Made by a program: the position numbers and the translations under genes
Part shown: positions 20,001-34,200 of the stretch, piece after piece
How the letters are laid out: each line of letters opens with the position of its first letter
Numbering within the stretch: the stretch's first letter is position 1
Notes under the pieces: generated by a model
Told to the model about the DNA's origin: nothing
Databases searched by the model: none
What the model saw: only the letters and a program-made list of their open reading frames with translations
Assembly (NCBI GenBank): GCA_964016885.1
Contig: OZ024740.1
Span: 423,150,001 to 423,214,000 of the forward strand
DNA length: 64,000 bases
From: Eledone cirrhosa
Taxonomy: Eukaryota
Direction: 5' to 3'

Positions 20001-22899
20001 CATATACATACAGGCAGACACACACATATATATACAGGCAGACACTCACACATATACATACAGGCAGACACACACATATACATACAGGCAGACACACACA
20101 TATATATACAGGCAGACACTCACACATATACATACAGGCAGACACACACATATACATACAGGCAGACACACACATATACATACAGGCAGACACACACACG
20201 TACATACAGGCAGACACACACACGTACATACAGGCAGAGACACACATATACATACAGGCAAACACACACATATATATACAGGCAGACACTCACACATATA
20301 CATACAGGCAGACACTCACATATACATACAGGCAGACACACACATATGCATACAGACACACACACACATATACATACAGGCATACACTCACATATACATA
20401 CAGGCAGACACTCACATATGCATACAGGCAGACACTCACACATATACATACAGGCAGACACTCACATATACATACAGGCAGACACACACATATATATACA
20501 GGCAGACACTCACACATATATACATACAGGCATACACTCACATATACATACAGGCATACACTCACATATACATACAGGCAGACACTCACATATGCATACA
20601 GGCAGACACTCACATATACATACAGGCAGACACACACATATATATACAGGCAGACACTCACACATATACATACAGGCAGACACACACATATACATACAGG
20701 CAGACACACACATAAACATACAGGCAGACACACACATAAACATACAGGCAGACACACACATATACATACAGGCATACACTCACATATACATACAGGCAGA
20801 CACTCACATATACACACAGACAGACACACACATATACAACAGGAAGACACTCACATATACATACAGGCAGACACACACATATACATATACAGAGAGACAC
20901 ACACATATACATACAGGCAGACACTCACATATACATACAGGCAGACACACACATATACATATACAGAGAGACACACACATATACATACAGGCAGACACTC
21001 ACATATACATACAGGCAGACACTCACATATACATACAGGCAGACACTCACATATACATACAGGCAGACACACACATATACATACAGGCAGACACACACAT
21101 ATACATACAGGCAGACACTCACACATATACATACAGGCAGACACACACACATACATACAGGTAGACACTCACATATACATACAGGCAGACACTCACATAT
21201 ACATACAGGCAGACACTCACATATACATACAGGCAGACACACACATATACATACGGGCAGACACACACATATACATACAGGCAGACACACACATATACAT
21301 ACAGACACACACATATACATACAGGCATACACTCACATATACATACAGGGTGACACTCACATATGCATACAGGCAGACACTCACACATATGCATACAGGC
21401 AGACACTCACAAATACATACAGGCAGACACACACATATACATACAGGCAGACACTCACATATGCATACAGGCAGACACTCACATATACATACAGGCAGAC
21501 ACACACATATACATACAGGCAGACACTCACACATATGCATACAGGCTGACACTCACACATATACATACAGGCAGACACACACATATACATACAGGCAGAC
21601 ACTCACATATACATACAGGCAGACACACACATATACATACAGGCAGACACTCACATGTACATACAGGCATACACTCACATATACATACAGGCAGACACTC
21701 ACATATACATACAGGCATACACACACATATACATACAGGCAGACACACACACATATACATACAGGCAGACACTCACATGTACATACAGGCAGACACACAC
21801 ATATACATACAGGCAGACACACACATATACATACAGGCAGACACACATATATACATACAGGCAGACACACACATATATATACAGGCAGACACTCACACAT
21901 ATACATACAGGCAGACACACACATATACATACAGGCAGACACACACATATACATACAGGCAGACACACACATATACATACAGGCAGACACACACACGTAC
22001 ATACAGGCAGACACACACATATACATACAGGCAGACATACACATATACATACAGGCAGACACACACATATATATACAGGCAGACACACACATATACATAC
22101 AGGCAGACACACACATATACATACAGGCAGACACACACATATACATACAGGCAGACACTCACATGTACATACAGGTAGACACACACATATACATACAGGC
22201 AGACACACATATATACATACAGGCAGACACTCACATATACATACAGGCAGACACACACATATACATATACAGACAGACACACACATATACATACAGGCAG
22301 ACACTCACATATACATACAGGCAGACACACACATATACATATACAGACAGACACAAACATATACATACAGGTACACACTCACATATACATACAGGCAGAC
22401 ACACATATATACATACAGGCAGACATACACATATACATACAGGCAGACACTCACATATACATACAGGCAGACACTCACATATACATACAGGCAGACACTC
22501 ACATATACATACAGGCAGACACACACATATACATATACAGGCATACACTCACATATACATACAGGCAGACACTCACATATACATACAGGCACACACACAC
22601 ATATACATACAGGCAGACACACACATATACATACAGGCAGACACTCACATATACATACAGGCACACACACACATATACATACAGGCAGACACACACATAT
22701 ACATACAGGCAGACACTGACACATATACATACAGGCATACACTCACATATACATACAGGCAGACACACACATATACATACAGGCAGACACACACATATAC
22801 ATACGGGCAGACACACACATATACATACAGGCAGACACACACATATACATACAGGCAGACACACACCCATATACATACAGGCAGACACACACATATACA

Positions 22900-25800
22900 T
22901 ACAGGCAGACACACACATATACATACAGGCAGACACTCACACATATACATACAGGCAGACACTCACATATACATACAGGCATACACTCACATATACATAC
23001 AGGCATACACTGACATATACATACAGGCAGACACTCACATATACATACAGGCATACACTCACATATACATACAGGCATACACACACATATACATATACAG
23101 GCAGACACTCACATATACATACAGGCATACACACACATATACATACAGGCATACACACACATATACATACAGGCATACACACACATATACATACAGGAAG
23201 ACACTCACATATACATATACAGGCAGACACACACATATACATACAGGCAGACACACACATAAACATACAGGAAGACACTCACATATACATATACAGGCAG
23301 ACACACACATATACATACAGGCAAACACACACATATACATACAGGAAGACACTCACATATACATACAGGCATACACTCACATATACATACAAGCATACAC
23401 TCACATATACATACAGGCAGACACACACATACATATACAGGCAGACACTCACATATACATACAGGCAGACACACACATATACATACAGGCATACACTCAC
23501 ATATACATACAGGCAGACACACACATATACATACAGGCATACACACACATATACATACAGGCAGACACACACATATACATACAGACAGACACACACATAT
23601 ACATACAGGCAGACACTCACATATACATACAGGCAGACACACACATATACATACAGGCAGACACACACCCATATACATACAGGCAGACACACACATATAC
23701 ATAGAGGCAGACACTCACATACATATACATACAGGCAGACACACAAATATACATACAGGCAGACACACACATATACATATAGGCAGACACACACACATAT
23801 ACATACAGGCAGACACACACATATACATACAGGTATACACTCACATACATATACAGGCAGACACTCACATATACATACAGGCAGACACACACATATACAT
23901 ACAGGTAGACACACACATATACATACAGGCAGACACTCACATATACATACAGGCAGACACTCACATATACATACAGGCAGACACACACATATACATACAG
24001 GCAGACACTCACATATACATACAGGCAGACACTCACATATACATACAGGCAGACACTGACACATATACATACAGGCATACACTCACATATACATACAGGC
24101 AGACACTCACATATGCATACAGGCAGACACACACATATACATACAGGCAGACACACACATATACATACAGACAAACACACACATATACATACAGGCATAC
24201 ACTCACATATACATACAGGCAGACACTCACATATGCATACAGGCAGACACTCACACATATGCATACAGGCATACACTCACATATACATACAGGCAGACAC
24301 ACACATATACATACAGGCAGATACACACATATACATACAGGCATACACTCACATATACATACAGGCAGACACTCACATATACATACAGGCAGTCACACAC
24401 ATATACATACAGGCAGACACACACATATACATACAGGCAGACACTCACATATACATACAGGCAGACACACACATATACATACAGGCAGACACACACCCAT
24501 ATACATACAGGCAGACACACACATATACATAGAGGCAGACACTCACATACATATACATACAGGCAGACACACAAATATACATACAGGCAGACACACACAT
24601 ATACATATAGGCAGACACACACACATATACATACAGGCAGACACACACATATACATACAGGTATACACTCACATACATATACAGGCAGACACTCACATAT
24701 ACATACAGGCAGACACACACATATACATACAGGCAGTCACTCACATATACATACAGGCAGACACACACATATACATACAGGCATACACACACATATACAT
24801 ACAGGCAGACACACACATATACATACAGACAGACACACACAGACATACAGGCAGACACTCACATATACATACAGGCAGACACTCACATATACATACAGGC
24901 AGACACACACATATACATACAGGCAGACACACATACATATACATACAGGCAGACACTCACATATATATACATTCAGGCAGACACACACATATACATACAG
25001 GCAGACACTCACATATACATACAGGAAGACACACACATATACATACAGGCAGACACACACACATATACATACAGCAGACACACACATATACATACAGGCA
25101 GACACACACACATATACATACAGGCAGACACTCACATATACATACAGGCAGACACACACATATACATACAGGCAGACACACACATATACATACAGGCATA
25201 CACTCACATATACATACAGGCAGACACTCACATATAAATACAGGCAGACACACACATATACATACAGGCATACACTCACATATACATACAGGCAGACACA
25301 CACATATACATACAGGCAGACACACACATATACATATACAGGCAGACACTCACATATACATACAGGCAGACACACACCCATATACATACAGGCAGACACA
25401 CCCATATACATACAGGCAGACACACACATATACATACAGGAAGACACACATATATACATACAGGCAGACACTCACATATACATACAGGCAGACACACACA
25501 TATACATACAGGCAGACACACACATATACATACAGGCATACACTCACATATACATACAGGTAGACACACATATATACATACAGGCAGACACTCACATATA
25601 CATACAGGCAGACACACACATATACATACAGGCAGACACACACATATACATACAGGCAGACACACACATATACATACAGGCATACACTCACATATACATA
25701 CAGGTAGACACACACATATACATACAGGCAGACACACCCATATACATACAGGCAGACACACCCATATACATACAGGCAGACACTCACATATACATACAGG

Positions 25801-26707
25801 CAGACACTCACATATACATACAGGCAGACACACACATATACATACAGGCAGATACACACATATACATACAGGCAGACACACACATATACATACAGGCATA
25901 CACTCACATATACATACAGGCATACACTCACATATACATACAGGCAGACACTGACACATATACATACAGGCAGTCACACACATATACATACAGGCAGACA
26001 CACACATATACATACAGACAGACACACACATATACATACAGGCAGACACTCACATATACATACAGGCAGACACACACATATACATACAGGCAGACACTCA
26101 CATATACATACAGGCAGACATTCCCATATACATACAGGCATACACTCACATATACATACAGGCAGACATTCCCATATACATACAGGCAGAAACTCACATA
26201 TACATACAGGCAGACACACACATATACATACAGGCAGACACACACATATACATAAAAGCAGACACTCACTTATACATACAGGCATACACTCACATATACA
26301 TACAGGCAGACACACACCCATATACATACAGGCATACACTCACATATACATATACAGGCATACACTCACATATACATACAGGCAGACACTCACATAAACA
26401 TACAGGCAGACACTCACACATATATACAGGCAGACATTCACATATACATACAGGCATACACTCACATATACATACAGGCAGACACACACCCATATACATA
26501 TACAGGCAGACACTCACATATACATACAAGCAGACACTCACATATACATACAGGCAGACACACCCATATACATACAGGCATACACTCACATATACATACA
26601 GGCAGACACACACATATACATACAGGCAGACACTCACATATACATACAGGCAGACACTCACATATACATACAGGCAGACACATATACATACAGGCAGACA
26701 CTCACAT
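22900..26707. repeat. Further diverged copy of the ~4-5 kb sub-block at about 1300-4900
   Basis: ORF pairs 1367/22937, 2271/24113, 2507/24445, 3491/25276, 4023/25928 and 4653/26462. Shared variants include ATAGAGG, CAAATAT, CATTCAGG and ATTCCCAT. Boundaries are approximate. Confidence 0.8.
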
Positions 26708-29700
26708 ATACATACAGGCAGACACACACATATACATACAGGCAGACACTCACATATACATACAGGCAGACACTCACATATACATACAGGCAGACACACA
26801 CATATACATACAGGCAGACACTCACATATACATACAGGCAGACACACACATATACATACAGGCAGACACTCACATATACATACAGGCAGACACACACATA
26901 TACATACAGGCAGACACTCACACATATACATACAGGCAGACACACACACATATATACAGGCATACACTCACATATACATACAGGCAGACACTCACATATA
27001 CATACAGGCAGACACACACATATACATACAGGCAGACACTCACATATACATACAGGCATACACTCACATATAGATACAGGCAGACACTCACACATATACA
27101 TACAGGCAGACACTCACACATATACATACAGGCAGACACACACATATACATACAGGCAGACACACACATATACATACAGGCAGATACTCACACATATACA
27201 TACAGGCAGACACTCACATATACATACAGGCATACACTCACATATACATACAGGCATACACTCACATATACATACAGGCAGACACTCACATATACATACA
27301 GGCATACACTCACATATTCATACAGGCATACACACACATATACATATACATATACAGGCAGACACTCACATATACATACAGGCATACACACACATATACA
27401 TACAGGCATACACACACATATACATACAGGAAGACACTCACATATACATATACAGGCAGACACACACATATACATACAGGCAAACACACACATATACATA
27501 CAGGAAGACACTCACATATACATACAGGCATACACTCACATATACATACAAGCATACACTCACATATACATACAGGCAGACACACACATATACATACAGG
27601 CAGACACACACATATACATAAAAGCAGACACTCACTTATACATACAGGCATACACTCACATATACATACAGGCAGACACACACCCATATACATACAGGCA
27701 TACACTCACATATACATATACAGGCATACACTCACATATACATACAGGCAGACACTCACATATACATACAGGCAGACACTCACACATATATACAGGCAGA
27801 CATTCACATATACATACAGGCAGACACACACATATACATATACAGGCAGACACTCACATATACATACAAGCAGACACTCACATATACATACAGGCAGACA
27901 CTCACATATACATTCAGGCAGACACTCACATATACATACAGGCATACACTCACATATACATACAGGCAGACACTCACACATATACATACAGGCAGACACT
28001 CACACATATACATACAGGCAGACACACACATATACATACAGGCAGACACACACATATACATACAGGCAGACACTCACACATATACATACAGGCAGACACT
28101 CACATATACATACAGGCATACACTCACATATACATACAGGCATACACTGACATATACATACAGGCAGACACTCACATATACATACAGGCATACACTCACA
28201 TATACATACAGGCATACACACACATATACATATACAGGCAGACACTCACATATACATACAGGCATACACACACATATACATACAGGCATACACACACATA
28301 TACATACAGGAAGACACTCACATATACATATACAGGCAGACACACACATATACATACAGGCAGACACACACATAAACATACAGGAAGACACTCACATATA
28401 CATATACAGGCAGACACACACATATACATACAGGCAAACACACACATATACATACAGGAAGACACTCACATATACATACAGGCAGACACACACATACATA
28501 TACAGGCAGACACTCACATATACATACAGGCAGACACACACATATACATACAGGCATACACTCACATATACATACAGGCAGACACACACATATACATACA
28601 GGCATACACACACATATACATACAGGCAGACACACACATATACATACAGACAGACACACACATATACATACAGGCAGACACTCACATATACATACAGGCA
28701 GACACACACATATACATACAGGCATACACACACATATACATACAGGCAGACACACACATATACATACAGGTAGACACACACATATACATACAGGCAGACA
28801 CTCACATATACATACAGGCAGACACTCACATATACATACAGGCAGACACACACATATACATACAGGCAGACACTCACATATACATACAGGCAGACACTCA
28901 CATATACATACAGGCAGACACTGACACATATACATACAGGCATACACTCACATATACATACAGGCAGACACTCACATATGCATACAGGCAGACACACACA
29001 TATACATACAGGCAGACACACACATATACATACAGACAAACACACACATATACATACAGGCATACACTCACATATACATACAGGCAGACACTCACATATG
29101 CATACAGGCAGACACTCACACATATGCATACAGGCAGACACTCACATATACATACAGGCAGTCACACACATATACATACAGGCAGACACACACATATACA
29201 TACAGGCAGACACTCACATATACATACAGGCAGACACACACATATACATACAGGCAGACACACACCCATATACATACAGGCAGACACACACATATACATA
29301 GAGGCAGACACTCACATACATATACATACAGGCAGACACACAAATATACATACAGGCAGACACACACATATACATATAGGCAGACACACACACATATACA
29401 TACAGGCAGACACACACATATACATACAGGTATACACTCACATACATATACAGGCAGACACTCACATATACATACAGGCAGACACACACATATACATACA
29501 GGCAGTCACTCACATATACATACAGGCAGACACACACATATACATACAGGCATACACACACATATACATACAGGCAGACACACACATATACATACAGACA
29601 GACACACACAGACATACAGGCAGACACTCACATATACATACAGGCAGACACACACATATACATACAGGCAGACACACATACATATACATACAGGCAGACA

Positions 29701-30758
29701 CTCACATATATATACATTCAGGCAGACACACACATATACATACAGGCAGACACTCACATATACATACAGGAAGACACACACATATACATACAGGCAGACA
29801 CACACACATATACATACAGCAGACACACACATATACATACAGGCAGACACACACACATATACATACAGGCAGACACTCACATATACATACAGGCAGACAC
29901 ACACATATACATACAGGCAGACACACATACATATACATACAGGCAGACACTCACATATATATACATTCAGGCAGACACACACATATACATACAGGCAGAC
30001 ACTCACATATACATACAGGAAGACACACACATATACATACAGGCAGACACACACACATATACATACAGCAGACACACACATATACATACAGGCAGACACA
30101 CACACATATACATACAGGCAGACACTCACATATAAATACAGGCAGACACACACATATACATACAGGCATACACTCACATATACATACAGGCAGACACACA
30201 CATATACATACAGGCAGACACACACATATACATATACAGGCAGACACTCACATATACATACAGGCAGACACACACCCATATACATACAGGCAGACACACC
30301 CATATACATACAGGCAGACACACACATATACATACAGGAAGACACACATATATACATACAGGCAGACACTCACATATACATACAGGCAGACACACACATA
30401 TACATACAGGCAGACACACACATATACATACAGGCAGACACACACATATACATACAGGCATACACTCACATATACATACAGGTAGACACACACATATACA
30501 TACAGGCAGACACACCCATATACATACAGGCAGACACACCCATATACATACAGGCAGACACTCACATATACATACAGGCAGACACTCACATATACATACA
30601 GGCAGACACACACATATACATACAGGCAGATACACACATATACATACAGGCAGACACACACATATACATACAGGCATACACTCACATATACATACAGGCA
30701 TACACTCACATATACATACAGGCAGACACTGACACATATACATACAGGCAGACACATG

Positions 30759-30790
30759 GTGGCTGCCAACTCGTTTTCGAGTACGGCCAC
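30759..30790 (-). other. 3'-terminal stem-loop of the insertion (putative RT recognition structure)
   Basis: Minus strand GTGGC-CGT-ACTCG-AAAA-CGAGT-TGGCA-GCCAC gives two 5-bp stems around a 4-nt loop, ending 2 nt from the element 3' end. A second hairpin, GTAGG-GGTTCT-CCTAC (30820-30805), overlaps the stop codon. Confidence 0.65.
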
Positions 30791-30816
30791 TACTTTATAT
30801 CCATGTAGGAGAACCC

Positions 30817-30924
30817 CTACCGAAGCGCTGCATGAGTGTGACTTTTTAGTCCAGCCAGCGACTTGAAAACTCTGGTACAAACACTACACTTGTGACAATT
30901 ATTGACACATAGTGCTGGGCCCAT
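30817..30924 (-). pseudogene. Relic of a retroelement ORF C-terminus with a C2H2-like zinc finger: MGPALCVNNCHKCSVCTRVFKSLAGLKSHTHAALR*
   Basis: Hand translation (below the ORF-track length cutoff). The frame is open from 30990 to TAG at 30819-30817. Spacing is C-x2-C-x3-F-x5-L-x2-H, but the last ligand is not at canonical H-x3-H spacing. A CxxC..S..GL.SH motif just before the stop is what I recall for the end of many RTE ORFs. Confidence 0.6.
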
Positions 30925-30972
30925 GGTACCATGTGAGGACAAGTGCAGAGAGATCTCCAGATATAAAGCAAT

Positions 30973-31206
30973 GCCTGTGCCGTGAAGCTTTTATAGTGAG
31001 CAAAGGCACTGCACAAAGCCAGTCCCACTCTCTTAACCAAGATGATATTTACCAAAAAGAAGAACAAGTCAACATCATTGGATACCATCAAGGTTGCAGG
31101 AGTTATATCAGAGTTTTCCTTCTCCTAGAATTCTGCCTTGACAAAGGCTAAGGGGTCATCTCTCCCGGTGATTTTGGATGGCCATTGACTCTTAAGAGCT
31201 CCTTTG
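30973..31206 (-). other. RTE-type 5'UTR-like segment of the insertion
   Basis: Minus-strand motifs CTTAGCCTTTGTCAAGGCAG (31152-31133, containing a GCCTT/AAGGC hairpin), CTAGGAGAAGGAAAACTCTGATATAA (31128-31103) and GTGCAGTGCCTTTGCTCACTATAAAAGCTTCACGGCACAGGC (31014-30973) resemble blocks I recall from RTE 5' regions. Not verified by search. Confidence 0.6.
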
Positions 31207-34200
31207 GACACTCACATATACATACAGGCATACACTCACATATAGATACAGGCAGACACTCACACATATACATACAGGCATACACTCACATATACATACA
31301 GGCATACACACACATATACATATACAGGCAGACACTCACATATACATACAGGCAGACACACACATAAACATACAGGAAGACACTCACATATACATATACA
31401 GGCAGACACACACATATACATACAGGCAAACACACACATATACATACAGGAAGACACTCACATATACATACAGGCATACACTCACATATACATACAAGCA
31501 TACACTCACATATACATACAGGCAGACACACACATACATATACAGGCAGACACACACATACATATACAGGCAGACACTCACATATACATACAGGCAGACA
31601 CACACATATACATACAGGCATACACTCACATATACATACAGGCAGACACACACATATACATACAGGCATACACACACATATACATACAGGCAGACACACA
31701 CATATACATACAGACAGACACACACATATACATACAGGCAGACACTCACATATACATACAGGCAGACACACACATATACATACAGGCATACACACACATA
31801 TACATACAGGCAGACACACACATATACATACAGGTAGACACACACATATACATACAGGCAGACACACACATATACATACAGGCAGACACTCACATATACA
31901 TACAGGCATACACTCACATATACATACAGGCAGACACTCACATATACATACAGGCAGACACTCACATATACATACAGGCATACACACACATATACATACA
32001 GGCATACACACACATATACATACAGGCATACACACACATATACATACAGGCATACACTCACATATACATACAGGCAGACACACACATATACATACAGGCA
32101 TACACTCACATATACATACAGGCAGACTCACACATATACATACAGGCAGACACTCACATGTACATACAGGCAGACACACACATATACATACAGGCAGACA
32201 CACACATATACATACAGGCAGACACACACATATACATACAGGCAGACACACACATATACATACAGGCAGACACACACATATACATACAGACAGATACACA
32301 CATATATATACAGGCAGACACTCACACATATACATACAGGCAGACACTCACATATACATACAGGCAGACACACACATATATATACAGGCAGACACTCACA
32401 CATATACATACAGGCAGACACACACATATACATACAGGCAGACACACACATAAACATACAGGCAGACACACACATATACATACAGGCATACACTCACATA
32501 TACATACAGGCAGACACTCACATATACACACAGACAGACACACACATATACAACAGGAAGACACTCACGTATACATACAGGCAGACACACACATATACAT
32601 ACAGGCAGACACTCACATATACATACAGGCAGACACACACATATACATATACAGAGAGACACACACATATACATACAGGCAGACACTCACATATACATAC
32701 AGGCAGACACTCACATATACATACAGGCAGACACTCACATATACATACAGGCAGACACACACATATACATACAGGCAGACACACACATATACATACAGGC
32801 AGACACTCACACATATACATACAGGCAGACACACACACATACATACAGGTAGACACTCACATATACATACAGGCAGACACTCACATATACATACAGGTAG
32901 ACACACACATATACATACAGGCAGACACTCACATATACATACAGGCATTCACTCACATATACATACGGGCAGACACACACATATACATACAGGCAGACAC
33001 TCACATATACATACAGGCATACGCACACATATATATACAGGCAGACACACACATATACATACAGGAAGACACTCACATACATATACAGGCAGACACTCAC
33101 ATATACATACAGGCAGACACACACATATACATACAGGCAGACACACACATATACATACAGGCATACACTCACATATACATACAGGCAGACACTCACATAT
33201 ACATACAGGCATACACTCACATATACATACAGGAAGACACTCACATACATATACAGGCAGACACTCACATATACATACAGGCAGACACTCACATATACAT
33301 ACAGGCAGACACACACATATACATACAGGCAGACACACACATATACATACAGGCATACACTCACATATACATACAGGCAGACACTCACATATACATACAG
33401 GCATACACTCACATATACATACAGGAAGACACTCACATACATATACAGGCAGACACTCACATATACATACAGGCAGACACTCACATATACATACAGGCAG
33501 ACACTCACATATACATACAGGCATACACACACATATATATACAGGCAGACACACACATATACATACAGGCAGACACACACATATACATACAGGCATACAC
33601 TCACATATACATACAGGCAGAAACTCACATATACACACAGACAGACACACACATATACAACAGGAAGACACTCACATATACATACAGGCAGACACACATA
33701 TATACATACAGGCAGACACTCACATATACATACAGGCAGACACACACATATACATATACAGACAGACACACACATATACATACAGGCAGACACTCACATA
33801 TACATACAGGCAGACACACACATATACATATACAGACAGACACAAACATATACATACAGGCACACACTCACATATACATACAGGCAGACACACATATATA
33901 CATACAGGCAGACATACACATGTATATATAGGCAGACACTCACATACATATACAGGCATACACTCACATATACATACAGGCAGACACTCACATATACATA
34001 CAGGCAGACACACACATATACATATACAGGCATACACTCACATATACATACAGGCAGACACTCACATATACATACAGGCAGACACACACATATACATACA
34101 GGCAGACACACACATATACATAAAAGCAGACACTCACATATACATACAGGCAGACACACACCCATATACATACAGGCATACACTCACATATACATATACA

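Larger units (their letters stand above)
1..30756. repeat. 24-bp tandem minisatellite/satellite array, left arm (runs off the window start)
   Basis: Continuous units CACATATACATACAGGCAGACAC(A/T). Common variants are CAGAC/CATAC, ACAC/ACTC, GGAAG, GGTAG and AGACAG. Units of 22 or 26 bp arise from dinucleotide indels; 23-bp units are rare. Confidence 0.99.
30757..31206 (-). mobile_element. 450-bp non-satellite insertion; probable non-autonomous bipartite RTE-clade non-LTR retroelement or RTE-related SINE, probably 5' truncated
   Basis: This is the only complex sequence in the window. Its boundaries come from comparison with the paralogous satellite copy (left flank ends at the equivalent of 4073, right flank starts at the equivalent of 5202; +/-1 nt). 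Minus-strand order is RTE 5'UTR-like motifs, a C-x2-C-x3-F-x5-L-x2-H frame ending in TAG, two hairpins and terminal CCACCA. I saw no RT or endonuclease motifs in the translations. The family assignment is from recalled RTE consensus features. Confidence 0.72.

Noticed and set aside
18380-20119. Minus-strand Cys/Val-rich ORFs (CLPVCICV, VCLYVYV repeats) that resemble metallothionein or keratin-associated proteins
   Set aside because: They are translations of the TG/TA-rich strand of the satellite, occur in every frame and contain no unique domain.
30846-31091. 81-aa hydrophobic minus-strand ORF (MMVSNDVDLFFFLVNII...)
   Set aside because: It has no recognisable motif, spans the putative 5'UTR/3' junction and is out of frame with the zinc-finger relic. 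Probably a chance ORF.
30756-31151. Plus-strand ATG...TAA frame of 131 codons interrupted only by two TGA codons (30864, 30903): possible selenoprotein or recoded gene; includes track ORF 30912-31151
   Set aside because: The ATG is created by the satellite junction, the peptide resembles nothing I recognise, and no SECIS-like AUGA..AA..GA stem is evident in the 55 nt downstream. The opposite strand explains the island better.
30916-31201. Cluster of palindromic restriction sites (ApaI, NcoI, KpnI, BglII, HindIII, EcoRI, AflII, SacI; CATGGTACCATG at 30922-30933) suggesting vector polylinker
   Set aside because: About 7 six-base palindromes are expected by chance in 450 bp and roughly 10 are seen. 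They are mostly scattered, not in a polylinker order I recognise, and there is no vector backbone.
30757-31206. DNA transposon/MITE, solo LTR or tRNA-derived SINE head as the identity of the island
   Set aside because: There are no terminal inverted repeats (ends are TGGTGG... and ...CCTTTG), no TG...CA termini and no recognisable A/B boxes in the retained part.
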